DNA of 41,762 nucleotides from Candidatus Heimdallarchaeota archaeon (GCA_021399345.1 JAAFKI010000199.1:1-41762), one strand, 5' to 3'. Positions 1 to 9,770 are shown, counted from the first letter of the stretch. Translations and numbers: made by a program. The notes: a model not told the origin generated them from the sequence alone.

Positions 1-98
1 CAATAGGATTCTATCCAGGCGGAGCAGGACCAGTAGAAGACGAGCCAATAGGATTCTATCCAGGCGGAGCAGGTCCTGTCGAAGATGAACCAATCGGT
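1..98 (+). repeat. 45-bp coding tandem repeat, about 2.2 copies visible, cut by the window edge
   Basis: caataggattctatccaggcggagcagg occurs at 1-28 and 46-73; a third partial copy ccaatcgg starts at 90. Confidence 0.9.
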
Positions 99-128
99 TC
101 TCACGCAGTTAGCGCTTACGTGATCTAA
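1..128 (+). CDS. 3' end of a truncated ORF built from 15-aa tandem repeats (PIGFYPGGAGPVEDE)n, ending PIGSHAVSAYVI*
   Basis: Frame starting at nt 3 reads IGFYPGGAGPVEDE-PIGFYPGGAGPVEDE-PIGSHAVSAYVI-TAA (126-128). Differences between repeat copies are synonymous, which supports coding. Confidence 0.75.
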   Translation, partial: IGFYPGGAGPVEDEPIGFYPGGAGPVEDEPIGSHAVSAYVI

Positions 129-493
129 TTACGCTGACATAATTAAAACTAAGAATCGCCAGAAAACCCCACCCCCTTTCCTCAAATTCTCGGCGAATAA
201 AGGAATTTGGAGACGTCCGTGAGGTCGTGACGTCCCTCCTGATTTCCTTTGGAAAGGTCCTGGCACACCAGTTTAACCGAACTCAAAAACAAGGGGTCAA
301 ACCACAAGAAACAATATTTAGAGGTCTAAATGGGTTCTCTCAACTGGGGAAAAAAGAGAGGAGCTTGTACAAGATTTCGCATGTTGTATCTACTATACAT
401 ATATGCACTTCTTGTATAACTTCCTACTTTTCGTTCCTGTTGTTTCTTGCACTTAAAAAAAACTACATACACAATGAATAAAGAGGAACTAAA

Positions 494-1888
494 ATGGATC
501 AACTGAACATACTTGATCAAAAAATCTTAAATGTGTTGCAAAACCATACACTTGAACCATACTCTAAACAAGCTGAAAGACTTGGTATTTCACCGCAGAC
601 CATGATTCGTCGCGTTGAATCACTTAAGAAAAGAGAGATACTTCGTTTTCCAATTGCTTCATTTATTCCTGAAAGACTTTCCCTATCCAGATATGGTGTG
701 ATGTTCTCAATTTCTTCTCTCCACCAGTTTACATTGTTGCAGAACGCCCTATCTGAACACAAATACATCCGCGCATATAATCGCTTTTACGGGGAAAACT
801 TCGGAATTTATGCCCATTTTGATCTTCCACCAAATACTGAGGCAATTTTTACTAAATATCTTGAATATTTATTGAACGAAGAGTACTGTGATAGCTATTT
901 CATCATGAAATCTATGGGCTATCGTTTATCTCAACCAGAACCACCTATAAGCTACACTTCCGAACCTGAAAAGTTCGATGTAATCTCTTTTTGGGAAAAG
1001 AGACTTACCAAGAGTACCAAACTACCTAGATTACCTTCTGCTATAGATACCAACTTAATTGAGCCACTTCATTTCATGCTACTTAGAGACTTAACAACAT
1101 CTGTTAGAAATGGTATCACTATTGATATCCGATCAAAACAGACTGAACTTGTCAAACATTACAGGGATTATTACGAGAGTTTGGCAAAGAAGATTAAGTT
1201 AACAGATGCTGAAGAAGCCAGTCTTTACAATCTTAGTGCGTTTTTCGATACTAAGAACATGCCTAAAAATGGAAATGGCAAAACCATCGTCTCTGATGCT
1301 GCTAAAGTAGAATTCGGCAGAAAGTATTATAGCTTGGTTTTTAACAACCTTATCACTAATCCTCGATGGAACTTTAGTCGAAAACTGTCTGAACAACATG
1401 TTACTAGAGCATATTTTATTGAAAATATTCCTGAACAAGAAAAAGCACAACTTTTCCGCTTCTTAAATGAAGAAAAAATACCCTTCCAAACAGCTTTTGA
1501 ACTCTTTGACAAAGGAATATTCCTTAGGCTCTCAATGCCTCCTTACTATGATTCTAAGATAAATTACCTTATCTGGAGCTCATTTAAGGATTATAAGATA
1601 TACTCCCTAGATTTCTTTGGAAAACATGGATTGTATTATACCTTCGAATTTAACAGCTATGATTGGGCTAAAAAAGGTTGGAGAACAGATGATGAATGGA
1701 TGTACGAAAGTGTCATCGATAGAATCAACGATAAACTTTCAAACGGAACATTTGGTAACTACAAGAGGGATCAGGAAGCCTATCTCCGAAAACACATCGC
1801 AACCAATGGAAATGGTAATAGTAATGGTAATGGCGTAACTGCAACTACAACTCAACCACCACCTGAAGTAACTATAAGGGGCAGTTAA
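494..1888 (+). CDS. Large Lrp/AsnC-type winged-helix transcriptional regulator-like protein
   Basis: N-terminus LDQKILNVLQ...YSKQAERLGISPQTMIRRVESL fits an AsnC-type HTH. GAGGA SD lies upstream. The tail is low complexity (NGNGNSNGNG). Confidence 0.65.
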   Translation: MDQLNILDQKILNVLQNHTLEPYSKQAERLGISPQTMIRRVESLKKREILRFPIASFIPERLSLSRYGVMFSISSLHQFTLLQNALSEHKYIRAYNRFYGENFGIYAHFDLPPNTEAIFTKYLEYLLNEEYCDSYFIMKSMGYRLSQPEPPISYTSEPEKFDVISFWEKRLTKSTKLPRLPSAIDTNLIEPLHFMLLRDLTTSVRNGITIDIRSKQTELVKHYRDYYESLAKKIKLTDAEEASLYNLSAFFDTKNMPKNGNGKTIVSDAAKVEFGRKYYSLVFNNLITNPRWNFSRKLSEQHVTRAYFIENIPEQEKAQLFRFLNEEKIPFQTAFELFDKGIFLRLSMPPYYDSKINYLIWSSFKDYKIYSLDFFGKHGLYYTFEFNSYDWAKKGWRTDDEWMYESVIDRINDKLSNGTFGNYKRDQEAYLRKHIATNGNGNSNGNGVTATTTQPPPEVTIRGS

Positions 1889-2020
1889 GCAACAACACAA
1901 AAGATTGAATTGGAGAATATTCTCCTTACTGGAAACCTACTAGTCTACCTCTAAATGGGGGGTAGAATTAGCAAGTTAATGACAGTAGGACAGAGTATCA
2001 CAGGATATTAGGTAAGGTAT

Positions 2021-2635
2021 TTAGTTAACCTTAGAAAGATAAATGTGAATTAAACTAGATAATTCCTCTTTAGAACAGAAACCTGTTAGAGTATGATCTA
2101 ACTGCACTAAACCGAATTTAGTTAAATCATAATTATCCATTTTTGGTAGTTTAATTTTGTATCTCATATTGTTTTTTGAGATGATTATTTTCCCAGCTTT
2201 AGTTGTTATTATTAAATCGTTAAAAGTACTATAATGTTGAACTAGCCCTTGTTTTTGTAAATTTGTTAGCCATGTTTTGTTTTCAAAGATCATTGTTCCA
2301 CTAATATATGTTACCGAAAGATAAGATCCAAAGCCTATACACGCAAAAATAAAAGCATATACTGACCATTCTGGTAATACTCCATTAAATATCCTTCTTA
2401 TTCCTTCAGTATGTGCGGGTAATTCTATTGTGAAGATAGTCGCTTCATCTTGAAATTCTTGTGTAAAAATAGTAAAGGGTACTCTTGTATCTGAAGTACT
2501 AAAAGAAGCTAGAAAAACTATTAACAAGATTATAGATACCACTAGAATGGTATAGAGAATAATTTTCAGCCAATTCCTGGATATCCTTTTATCCGCCCTA
2601 AGTAATGATTGGGCTTCAGTAGTTCTCATCTTCAT
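2021..2635 (-). CDS. Hypothetical membrane protein (2 TM segments plus a C-terminal soluble domain)
   Basis: 204-aa ORF with two hydrophobic segments; overlaps the upstream ORF by 20 bp, suggesting an operon. Confidence 0.6.
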   Translation of the reverse strand: MKMRTTEAQSLLRADKRISRNWLKIILYTILVVSIILLIVFLASFSTSDTRVPFTIFTQEFQDEATIFTIELPAHTEGIRRIFNGVLPEWSVYAFIFACIGFGSYLSVTYISGTMIFENKTWLTNLQKQGLVQHYSTFNDLIITTKAGKIIISKNNMRYKIKLPKMDNYDLTKFGLVQLDHTLTGFCSKEELSSLIHIYLSKVN

Positions 2636-2984
2636 TTTTCTTCCCCATCAAATCATCTATCACTTTAAGGTAGTCCTTTCCATGTGTTTTAGCTAAGTCT
2701 ATTAGACGCTTAAGGAGATCATTTTCATGATTTAATCTAATGCTAGCCACCTTCGGAGTTAGTTTGTCTAGAAAGATCAGTTCTCTTTCTTGCAGATCAT
2801 CCAGTATTCCTCTATAGATTGTTCTAGCTTTCATCGAATATCCTAGTAGTGTGGATAATTGCGTTGCTGTTATGGCTTTTGGGTAGAGATGAGCTAGTAT
2901 TAGAACTGCTCTTATTTTGTTTGCGCCTAGAGTACTCAGTAATAGGAGTAGTTCGTAATCATTTTTCTCTACTTCAGAATCCAT
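2616..2984 (-). CDS. Small winged-helix DNA-binding protein
   Basis: KIRAVLILAHLYPKAITATQLSTLLG...ILDDLQERELI followed by a beta-wing-like segment. Confidence 0.55.
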   Translation of the reverse strand: MDSEVEKNDYELLLLLSTLGANKIRAVLILAHLYPKAITATQLSTLLGYSMKARTIYRGILDDLQERELIFLDKLTPKVASIRLNHENDLLKRLIDLAKTHGKDYLKVIDDLMGKKNEDENY

Positions 2985-3309
2985 CGGAATATCTAATGAT
3001 TGACCCTATATAAAATTTCCATCACAAACATATAGTGTTTATTGTGTCTTTAACTACACAAAATAATGTTTGGAGACGTTAAGACGAAAAATTAACTATT
3101 TTTACTCCTTCTCCAAAAATCTTGGTGTTTAAATACTTATTTCTTGCTTATCTAATGTTGATATGCTCCACATATCATAACTAGCATCCTCGCTAGTTTT
3201 TAACCACCAGCAGAGCTTACGGAAGGGTACCCCACCCTTCCCAACTCGTTTTCCTTTCTAGTTTATCCTACGCTAAATTTATATGAAGGAGCGTTATAAA
3301 ATCTATGAG

Positions 3310-4446
3310 ATGGCATCTAGTCCTGGTGAATTATGGATTAAACTTGCTCAAATGGGAATTATCTCTTTAATTTTAGGTTATTTCATGTATAGAAGATATA
3401 GGGATAAAATTACTGGTTTTACATGGTTTATTTGGTTATTCGGACTAGTAATCTTACAAGGTATATTTGAGATAATTATTTTCATTCTCTGGTATGTTTA
3501 TGGTTATCTAGAATATACTGACATTGTTAATGCAAGTTCCCTTTTCGAGATTCATATGATTCCTTCAGCAATCGCTTTGTTCGTTCTGTTTCTCTATCTG
3601 GAATTCATGCGTCATGAAAAACCGAATACATTCTTGCTAGCTACAGCTTCAACACTTCTTGGAAGTTATCTTATCGTGCTTATTCTTGAACTTGTTTTCA
3701 AACTAGAGTATGGTTTGATTGAACCTGAATATAGAGTCTCAAGAATTATCCTTAATATTTTCCAGGCTTTTGTTTTAGGTGAAGCGTTTTATGTTTATAT
3801 ACAAGATACAATACGTGCAGAATATAAGAAACTCAAACGTATCAGTTTTATCATTGCTACTGCTACAGGAATTGGCTTTATTGCAGCTTTTCTAAAGGTC
3901 TTTGAGCGATGGACACAAAATTTCTTTCAAGTTTATGGAGCTATCCCTTTCAGCTTGACTTTTGGTATTTTAGCTTTAGCTTTCATCTTCAATCCTTTCT
4001 ATGTTTATCTCTTACCTGCTAAAATTAACAAAATACTCATCTTCAATGATGCTGGTCTTTTACTTTATTCTGTAAGTATAGGAGCTAAAGAAAGTGAAAA
4101 AGCTTATCAAGACATTCTTGTCACTGGTACAATTACTGCTTTGAAATTGCTTATTTCTGAAACAACAGGTGCTAAAACGGACTTAAGAAAAGTTAGTTTT
4201 AGAGACAAAAAACTCATCGTTGTAGAGAATAAAGACAAAAATATCACTACCTTAATCATTGGTGATAGTGATGCCTGGATCCTTCAAACAGCTGCAAAGC
4301 ATTTTACAGAAAACTTCTGTGAGATGTTCAAATCTGCTATCAGCAGATTTGATGGTAATGTTGCACAGTTTGAAAAAGCAAATGATATAGTTCGTCAAGT
4401 TTTTCCCTTTGTTCCTCCAGAAGAGATAGTTAGAGATAGAGTCTGA
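3310..4446 (+). CDS. Seven-transmembrane protein with a C-terminal longin-like domain
   Basis: Seven hydrophobic segments, then ILIFNDAGLLLYS...LVTGTITAL...F..F..FDGNVAQF, a longin/roadblock-type pattern. ATG 3310 is preferred over 3283 because TTTATA at 3278-3283 lies about 30 nt upstream. Confidence 0.65.
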   Translation: MASSPGELWIKLAQMGIISLILGYFMYRRYRDKITGFTWFIWLFGLVILQGIFEIIIFILWYVYGYLEYTDIVNASSLFEIHMIPSAIALFVLFLYLEFMRHEKPNTFLLATASTLLGSYLIVLILELVFKLEYGLIEPEYRVSRIILNIFQAFVLGEAFYVYIQDTIRAEYKKLKRISFIIATATGIGFIAAFLKVFERWTQNFFQVYGAIPFSLTFGILALAFIFNPFYVYLLPAKINKILIFNDAGLLLYSVSIGAKESEKAYQDILVTGTITALKLLISETTGAKTDLRKVSFRDKKLIVVENKDKNITTLIIGDSDAWILQTAAKHFTENFCEMFKSAISRFDGNVAQFEKANDIVRQVFPFVPPEEIVRDRV

Positions 4447-4455
4447 AAGTATATC

Positions 4456-5565
4456 TTATTCAAAAGAGAAAGTATATTCCTTTAATCCTAGCTCATCTCT
4501 CATGGACACAAGATCTTCTTGAATGCTCCTACTCAATGGAACACCTCTTTCCTTAACTTCTTTTTCTGCATCAAATTCCTTTTCTCCTGCAGTGTAGATT
4601 CTAACTGCATCTGGTACTTTGTCAGAATTCCTTAGCCCTCTACAGATGCCTCCGGCTATTGATTTAAAGGTATTCAACCCCATGAAAAATTCAGGATCAA
4701 TTGCTATGAAGAAATGACCTACTTTGAAATGAACTTTGCTCCCATCTTTATCTAAACCAGACAGTTCTTTCAGGAAAACTCCCCCTTGTAAAGCTGCAGA
4801 TAAAATTTCTACTACTGTTGCATATCCATATCCTTTATGTCCAGATAACTCTTCCCCAGCTCCACCTAATGCTAGTAGAGCAGCTTTATTTTCAACAAAA
4901 TCCTTTAACAACTGAGCTGCATCTGTTCTACTCTGACCAGTTTCTCTATCGATAACAACTCCATCTGGTAAAGGAGTATTATCCCTTGCTGCAATTTCCA
5001 CTTTTCCTCTTTGGATAATTGATGTTGCACAATCTAGAACAAACGGAAATTCCTCATCAGTTGGAAAACCAAATGTCAGTGGATTAGTTCCATACATTGG
5101 TTCTCCCCCAAATGTTGGTGCAACAGCTGGACGCGCATTAGTTCCTGTTATCCCAAGACATCCTTCTTTGATTGCCATTAAGGGATAGTAACCCGCTATT
5201 CCATAATGAGTACTATTTCTAACAACGACCATTCCTACACCATACTTCTTAGCTTTGTCTATTGCTAATTTCATTGCTTGGTAGGAGATATAATGGCCAT
5301 TTCCATGTTTCCCATCAATTACAGCTGTTGCTTCTTTATCTTTGATTATTTCATAATCTGCAACAAGATGTTGTCCAGATTTAACACGGACATAATAATA
5401 TTTCAACCTTTGAACACCGTGTGAACGAATTCCTCGTAGATCTGATTCAATTAAAACATCAGCACTGACTTTAGCTTGTTCTTCAGGATATCCTAAACCA
5501 ACAAAAACGGCTTTCATAAATGAGTACAATTTATCTTTATCTATATAATGGTCTTCTGTGCTCAT
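4456..5565 (-). CDS. Ldh_2 family (malate/L-lactate/sulfolactate-type) dehydrogenase
   Basis: Motifs DLRGIRSHG, NSTHYG, GTNP, LDCATS and GHKGYG. Confidence 0.9.
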   Translation of the reverse strand: MSTEDHYIDKDKLYSFMKAVFVGLGYPEEQAKVSADVLIESDLRGIRSHGVQRLKYYYVRVKSGQHLVADYEIIKDKEATAVIDGKHGNGHYISYQAMKLAIDKAKKYGVGMVVVRNSTHYGIAGYYPLMAIKEGCLGITGTNARPAVAPTFGGEPMYGTNPLTFGFPTDEEFPFVLDCATSIIQRGKVEIAARDNTPLPDGVVIDRETGQSRTDAAQLLKDFVENKAALLALGGAGEELSGHKGYGYATVVEILSAALQGGVFLKELSGLDKDGSKVHFKVGHFFIAIDPEFFMGLNTFKSIAGGICRGLRNSDKVPDAVRIYTAGEKEFDAEKEVKERGVPLSRSIQEDLVSMRDELGLKEYTFSFE

Positions 5566-5622
5566 AGCTTATTCAAATGGCGATTATTTAGCTTAAATAA
5601 ATAGATTTCTGATAAAGAAGAA

Positions 5623-6138
5623 TTAGAGTCCAAAAGGAGAATCCCATTCAGCATATTGCACAGTTTCAATATTAATTGGAACTTTGAAAAGATAAAAATC
5701 TACCTTTAAGCCTACATAAATTGTTATTACGAAATCACCATCTTGAATTGCAAGAAGAGGAATAGAATAAGTTACTTGTAGGACAATATCATCAGCCCAA
5801 ATTTCTCCAGGATTAATATCCCCTAGAAGATTCTCTCCGCTAGCTAGAACAGCGCCATTCAAAGAGGATAATGAAAAATTTGCACCAATGACTATAATTG
5901 TAATATTCAGATCTCTTATTGAGTAAACCCCATTATTACTTATTTCAGCAGGAGTTGTTAGAGTTATAAAACCGATATATCCTTCGACAAAATCTGGTGT
6001 GATATCAAATGTTACAGCTGGACTACCAACTGAATAATCTACTTGCAAGTACGAGTAAAGTATTGTACCTCCAAAAGCTGCAATACCAAGTATAAGAGGA
6101 ATAAATACAATAAAGAAAATCTTTAACGCTTTTTTCAT
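5623..6138 (-). CDS. Hypothetical N-terminally membrane-anchored beta-rich protein (possibly LEA-2-like)
   Basis: Single N-terminal TM segment followed by a beta-strand-rich domain. Confidence 0.55.
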   Translation of the reverse strand: MKKALKIFFIVFIPLILGIAAFGGTILYSYLQVDYSVGSPAVTFDITPDFVEGYIGFITLTTPAEISNNGVYSIRDLNITIIVIGANFSLSSLNGAVLASGENLLGDINPGEIWADDIVLQVTYSIPLLAIQDGDFVITIYVGLKVDFYLFKVPINIETVQYAEWDSPFGL

Positions 6139-6333
6139 AATTACTCAAACTTTGAATAGTTTTTAAAGTTTCATCATTGTCAAACTAAAGCAAGATACTC
6201 ATTGTCAGAAAGTTGGATACTGATTAGTAAACAGAAGAAGTTTATAGATTTGATGTATACCATTTATGTTCAAAGTTGAGAAACTCAATAATGACTCAAT
6301 ATACATGATTAATTTAAAGAGAGAAAAAATGAA

Positions 6334-6885
6334 TTAATCCTTCATTTCCAACTGATTAACAATCCAACCAAAAGCTTCAACAACACCTCTACCATATAAG
6401 ATACTTGAGTCAAATACAGCAAAGGTTCGATCATGCATTTCAAGATGTAATCCCAATAATTGTATTAGAAGAGGAGCTTCTACCGCACCTTGAAGGTCTT
6501 GTTTGTTTGCTAAAATTAATACTGGAACTTTTTGAAGGGCAGGGTTATTGAAAACGTGAGTCTTGAAAATATCTCGTGCTTCAGGTAAAGTTTCAATATC
6601 AGCTGCGTCAATAACAAAGATGACTGCGGAAGTTCCTGGATAATGTGCATCCCACAAAAAGCGGAAATCTTGTTGTCCCGCTACATCTATGGTTGTAATT
6701 TTCCATCCTTCATGTTCCAAAGAATCGATATTTTGCCCTATTGTTGGGATTGTATCTGAAACAAATTCACCGTATCTTAGATATTTAGTCAGAGTAGTCT
6801 TTCCAGCAGAAGCTAAACCTAATATTAGTACTTTAGCTTTTTTTTCCATTTTTGTCCTAGAAAATAGATTCGCTAAGAAACTCAT
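6334..6885 (-). CDS. Arf/Sar-family small GTPase
   Basis: G1 GLASAGKT, G2 PTIG, G3 DVAGQ, FLWDAHY, G4 NKQD; amphipathic N-terminus MSFLANLFS. Confidence 0.92.
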   Translation of the reverse strand: MSFLANLFSRTKMEKKAKVLILGLASAGKTTLTKYLRYGEFVSDTIPTIGQNIDSLEHEGWKITTIDVAGQQDFRFLWDAHYPGTSAVIFVIDAADIETLPEARDIFKTHVFNNPALQKVPVLILANKQDLQGAVEAPLLIQLLGLHLEMHDRTFAVFDSSILYGRGVVEAFGWIVNQLEMKD

Positions 6886-7079
6886 TTTGGTATTACCCCA
6901 TTACCTAGAAGTGCTAGAAATTTTCTTCCCCACTAACACTTCTAGTTTAAGCATAAGTTGAAACGAACTATTTAACCTTTAGCATATTCCTAGTACAGAT
7001 ATCCACGAAAGAAAAATATTCTAACTAAGTTAAGTATGTGAAAAATGAATAAAAATTGAAAAAAAGAGAAAAAATCCGA

Positions 7080-9266
7080 TTATTGATTTTGCTCAATTAG
7101 CTCAATAATCTCAGGATAATCCATACCTAGTTCTTTGATCTTCTTTTTAGTTGGCACACCGTTTTTATCCCATCCTCTTCTTTTATAAACAGCGTTCTTG
7201 AGTTTCTCATAATTGCTTTCTCTAAATTTCCGAATAGTATTCATCTTTTCTGAAATACTCATTTCATCTGGATTAACTCCGATCTCCTCTTTCAATTGTT
7301 TGGAATAATACTCTTCTTCACGTGATAGAAATTCTTCCTTTGTTACCGGACCCATTGCTCTATAAGGGATAGAGTCTAGATCTCTGAAGTTTACACCAGG
7401 TGGAAGGAGCATTAAGTTAAGTGTTCTTTGGAAATTGTAAACTCTTTCACTCATACGGATATATTCTACTGAATCAATCTCATTACCAGTTACAGCTGTA
7501 TAGTATGTAACATAATTTTGAACGTGTTCAGGAATTTTTGCAGGATCAGCTAAATCATCTGGAACAAATGCCCCCTCCTTGCGTATTTTTCCTGCTGCAA
7601 AATCTCTATTATCTTCAGGAACAATGTCATTCCAAGGTAGCTTACATAACCCCAGAAGTCCAAATGAGGTTCTCCACATTGGGAACCAATGTAGTGCTTC
7701 TGCTTTTTTCTCAAAAGTTGGAAGATTCCCTCTAACCATATCTTCAAAGATTAACCAAGCTTCATCATGTTGCGCTCCTTTGAGTGCAAACCCATATCCA
7801 CCCTGCTGAGCTAAAGATTCTTTAGTCATATACTCACTAAACTCCAAACCTTTAGACTCCATACCAATATCATTTAGCAATTTAGAATCTCCACCAAATT
7901 TTTCTGCAAAGTATTTCTTCATTCTTAGAATGCCTTGACCTACAATCTTCCCAAAACCTTCATTCCTTGCCATTTGATGAATTAGTTCCATAGCAGCTTC
8001 TTGATTTCCCCAGTTGAGCTCAAGCCCTCCAGTTTTCTCCTTATCTAGAATGCCATATTCATAACATTCCATAACAAAGGCAATCCCTGTTCCTATAGAA
8101 ATTGTGTCTAATCCATAATTATCACAATAGAAGTTTGTTTCAATAATATCTTCAGGATCCCAAACATACCAATTTGAGCCAACACCAGCAATAGTTTCAT
8201 ACTCTGGTCCATCCACTGAAACCTTCTTACCTGCATAAGGTCCAGTTTTTGGTTCAAATTCATTAACACCGTGTGTACATGCAACCGCACAACCTTTCCA
8301 ACATGGATCAGGACCTTTCAAGAAAAGTTTTCTATATACTTCAGAACCAATTTTTATTGCTTGAGGATCGCGTCCATACTTGAAGTTTTTAGTTGGTAAT
8401 AAATCATACTCGTTCATTATAGGTACAAGGTGAGTTGTACCTACCATTCTCATTTCATTTTGTTTGGGGTCAAGATCTATCATTTCTTTAGTGTGCTTTT
8501 TACCTACTTCTTTCAATGCTTCTGGGTCAGCTGGATTATTAGTTCTAGTAACAACACCTATTTTTTTGACAACAAGAGCTTTCAGTTTTTTGTCTCTAAA
8601 GACCGTTCCAGTTCCACCTCGTCCTGCTTGTTTGTATCTTACATATCCTCTTCGCGGATCATAATAGCTAAAATTCAAACAGCCACATCGAGTATTTTTA
8701 GCTCCTGGTCCTGCTGAAACAACCGAAACATCTCGCTTGAATTTTTCTTCTCCACAATGCTTTTCTGTAAGAATCGTTCCAATCTTGTAGGTTTCTGAAG
8801 GAAGTTCTTCAGCTTCTTCAATTGTTATCTTTCCTTCTTCACCGTCAATGTAGATGTAAACCTCTTTGTCAGCTCTTCCTTGGATAGCAATAGCATCAAA
8901 ACCTGAATGCTTTGCATAAGGTCCGAAATAACCTCCGACATTAGAGTCAATTATTAAACCTGTAAGAGGAGATATAGCAGTTACTATACTCTTTCCAGAT
9001 CCAGGAAAGTTAGTAGTACCACCTAAAGGTCCCCCCGCAATGCACAAAACATTAGCTGAATCATCCCATTCTGTTCTCTCATATCTAGGAAGATATTTCC
9101 ACATGAGAAATAAATCAAACCCTTTTCCTCCAGTGAACTTCTTTTTCATATCATCTGTTACTTCTTCAGTCCTAATCTCATAATTATCTAAATTAATGTA
9201 AAGAGTTTGATTCGCATATCCTTTAGACATTTCAGGGACTTTGTATGTAAATTCCTTGATAACCAT
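7080..9266 (-). CDS. aor: Aldehyde:ferredoxin oxidoreductase (tungsten AOR family)
   Basis: SPLTG...SNVGG, AGRGG.G, CWKGCAVAC, GPEYET, DNYGLDTIS and RRGWD..G.P motifs. An AGGTG SD lies upstream. Confidence 0.9.
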   Translation of the reverse strand: MVIKEFTYKVPEMSKGYANQTLYINLDNYEIRTEEVTDDMKKKFTGGKGFDLFLMWKYLPRYERTEWDDSANVLCIAGGPLGGTTNFPGSGKSIVTAISPLTGLIIDSNVGGYFGPYAKHSGFDAIAIQGRADKEVYIYIDGEEGKITIEEAEELPSETYKIGTILTEKHCGEEKFKRDVSVVSAGPGAKNTRCGCLNFSYYDPRRGYVRYKQAGRGGTGTVFRDKKLKALVVKKIGVVTRTNNPADPEALKEVGKKHTKEMIDLDPKQNEMRMVGTTHLVPIMNEYDLLPTKNFKYGRDPQAIKIGSEVYRKLFLKGPDPCWKGCAVACTHGVNEFEPKTGPYAGKKVSVDGPEYETIAGVGSNWYVWDPEDIIETNFYCDNYGLDTISIGTGIAFVMECYEYGILDKEKTGGLELNWGNQEAAMELIHQMARNEGFGKIVGQGILRMKKYFAEKFGGDSKLLNDIGMESKGLEFSEYMTKESLAQQGGYGFALKGAQHDEAWLIFEDMVRGNLPTFEKKAEALHWFPMWRTSFGLLGLCKLPWNDIVPEDNRDFAAGKIRKEGAFVPDDLADPAKIPEHVQNYVTYYTAVTGNEIDSVEYIRMSERVYNFQRTLNLMLLPPGVNFRDLDSIPYRAMGPVTKEEFLSREEEYYSKQLKEEIGVNPDEMSISEKMNTIRKFRESNYEKLKNAVYKRRGWDKNGVPTKKKIKELGMDYPEIIELIEQNQ

Positions 9267-9354
9267 AATAACACCTTTAGTTAAGTGGAAAATGAAGTAT
9301 TAAAAATTTATTCCAAAAGTCATGGAATTCTTTAAAGAAAGAAATAGAAGGGGA

Positions 9355-9750
9355 TTATTTTTTTGGTGGTTCCCATAATTCTATCTTATTACCCTCAGGA
9401 TCCATAATCCAACCAAATTTCCCTTCTTGATGTTCTTCTCTCTCTTCGAAAACGTAGACTCCCTCTTCTTTCAAAGTTTGGAGTATTTTGTCAAGGTTAT
9501 CTACAGTGAAGTTGAACATGTAGTTTTTTTCACTAGGCTTGAAATATCCTGAATCCTCCTTAAATGGTCCCCAGAGAGTATATCCCTTCCTTTTATTATT
9601 TGCTTGATCTTCCCAATTAAAGATGACGTAGGATTCGTCTGATCCTTCTACAGCAACCGGAACCCCTAGGTGCTTAACATACCACTGTTTAAGTTTCTCC
9701 GGGTCTTTTGATTTAAAGAAAACGCCTCCTATTCCAGTTACTCTCTTCAT
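9355..9750 (-). CDS. VOC family (glyoxalase/bleomycin resistance-like) protein
   Basis: RVTGIGGVFF, NFTVDNLD and DPEGNKIELWEP. The ORF-track start at 9759 is GTG; ATG 9750 is preferred. Confidence 0.88.
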   Translation of the reverse strand: MKRVTGIGGVFFKSKDPEKLKQWYVKHLGVPVAVEGSDESYVIFNWEDQANNKRKGYTLWGPFKEDSGYFKPSEKNYMFNFTVDNLDKILQTLKEEGVYVFEEREEHQEGKFGWIMDPEGNKIELWEPPKK

Positions 9751-9770
9751 TCTAATCACTCACAATTGCA

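Noticed and set aside
1-98. Direct repeats as a CRISPR array
   Set aside because: The 45-bp period is in frame, the intervening segments encode identical peptides through synonymous changes, and no cas genes are present.
227-520. ORFs 227..481 (+) and 326..520 (-)
   Set aside because: No recognisable motifs; they overlap each other and probable regulatory DNA.
3310-4446. Calling the 7-TM protein a GPCR or rhodopsin
   Set aside because: NPFYVY does not match NPxxY spacing, there is no DRY motif, and TM7 has no retinal-binding Lys.
7538-8717. Short ORFs nested in aor, and similar ones inside the synthase, accC, pccB, mtd and the beta-helix gene
   Set aside because: Shadow frames of well-supported genes with no motifs of their own.
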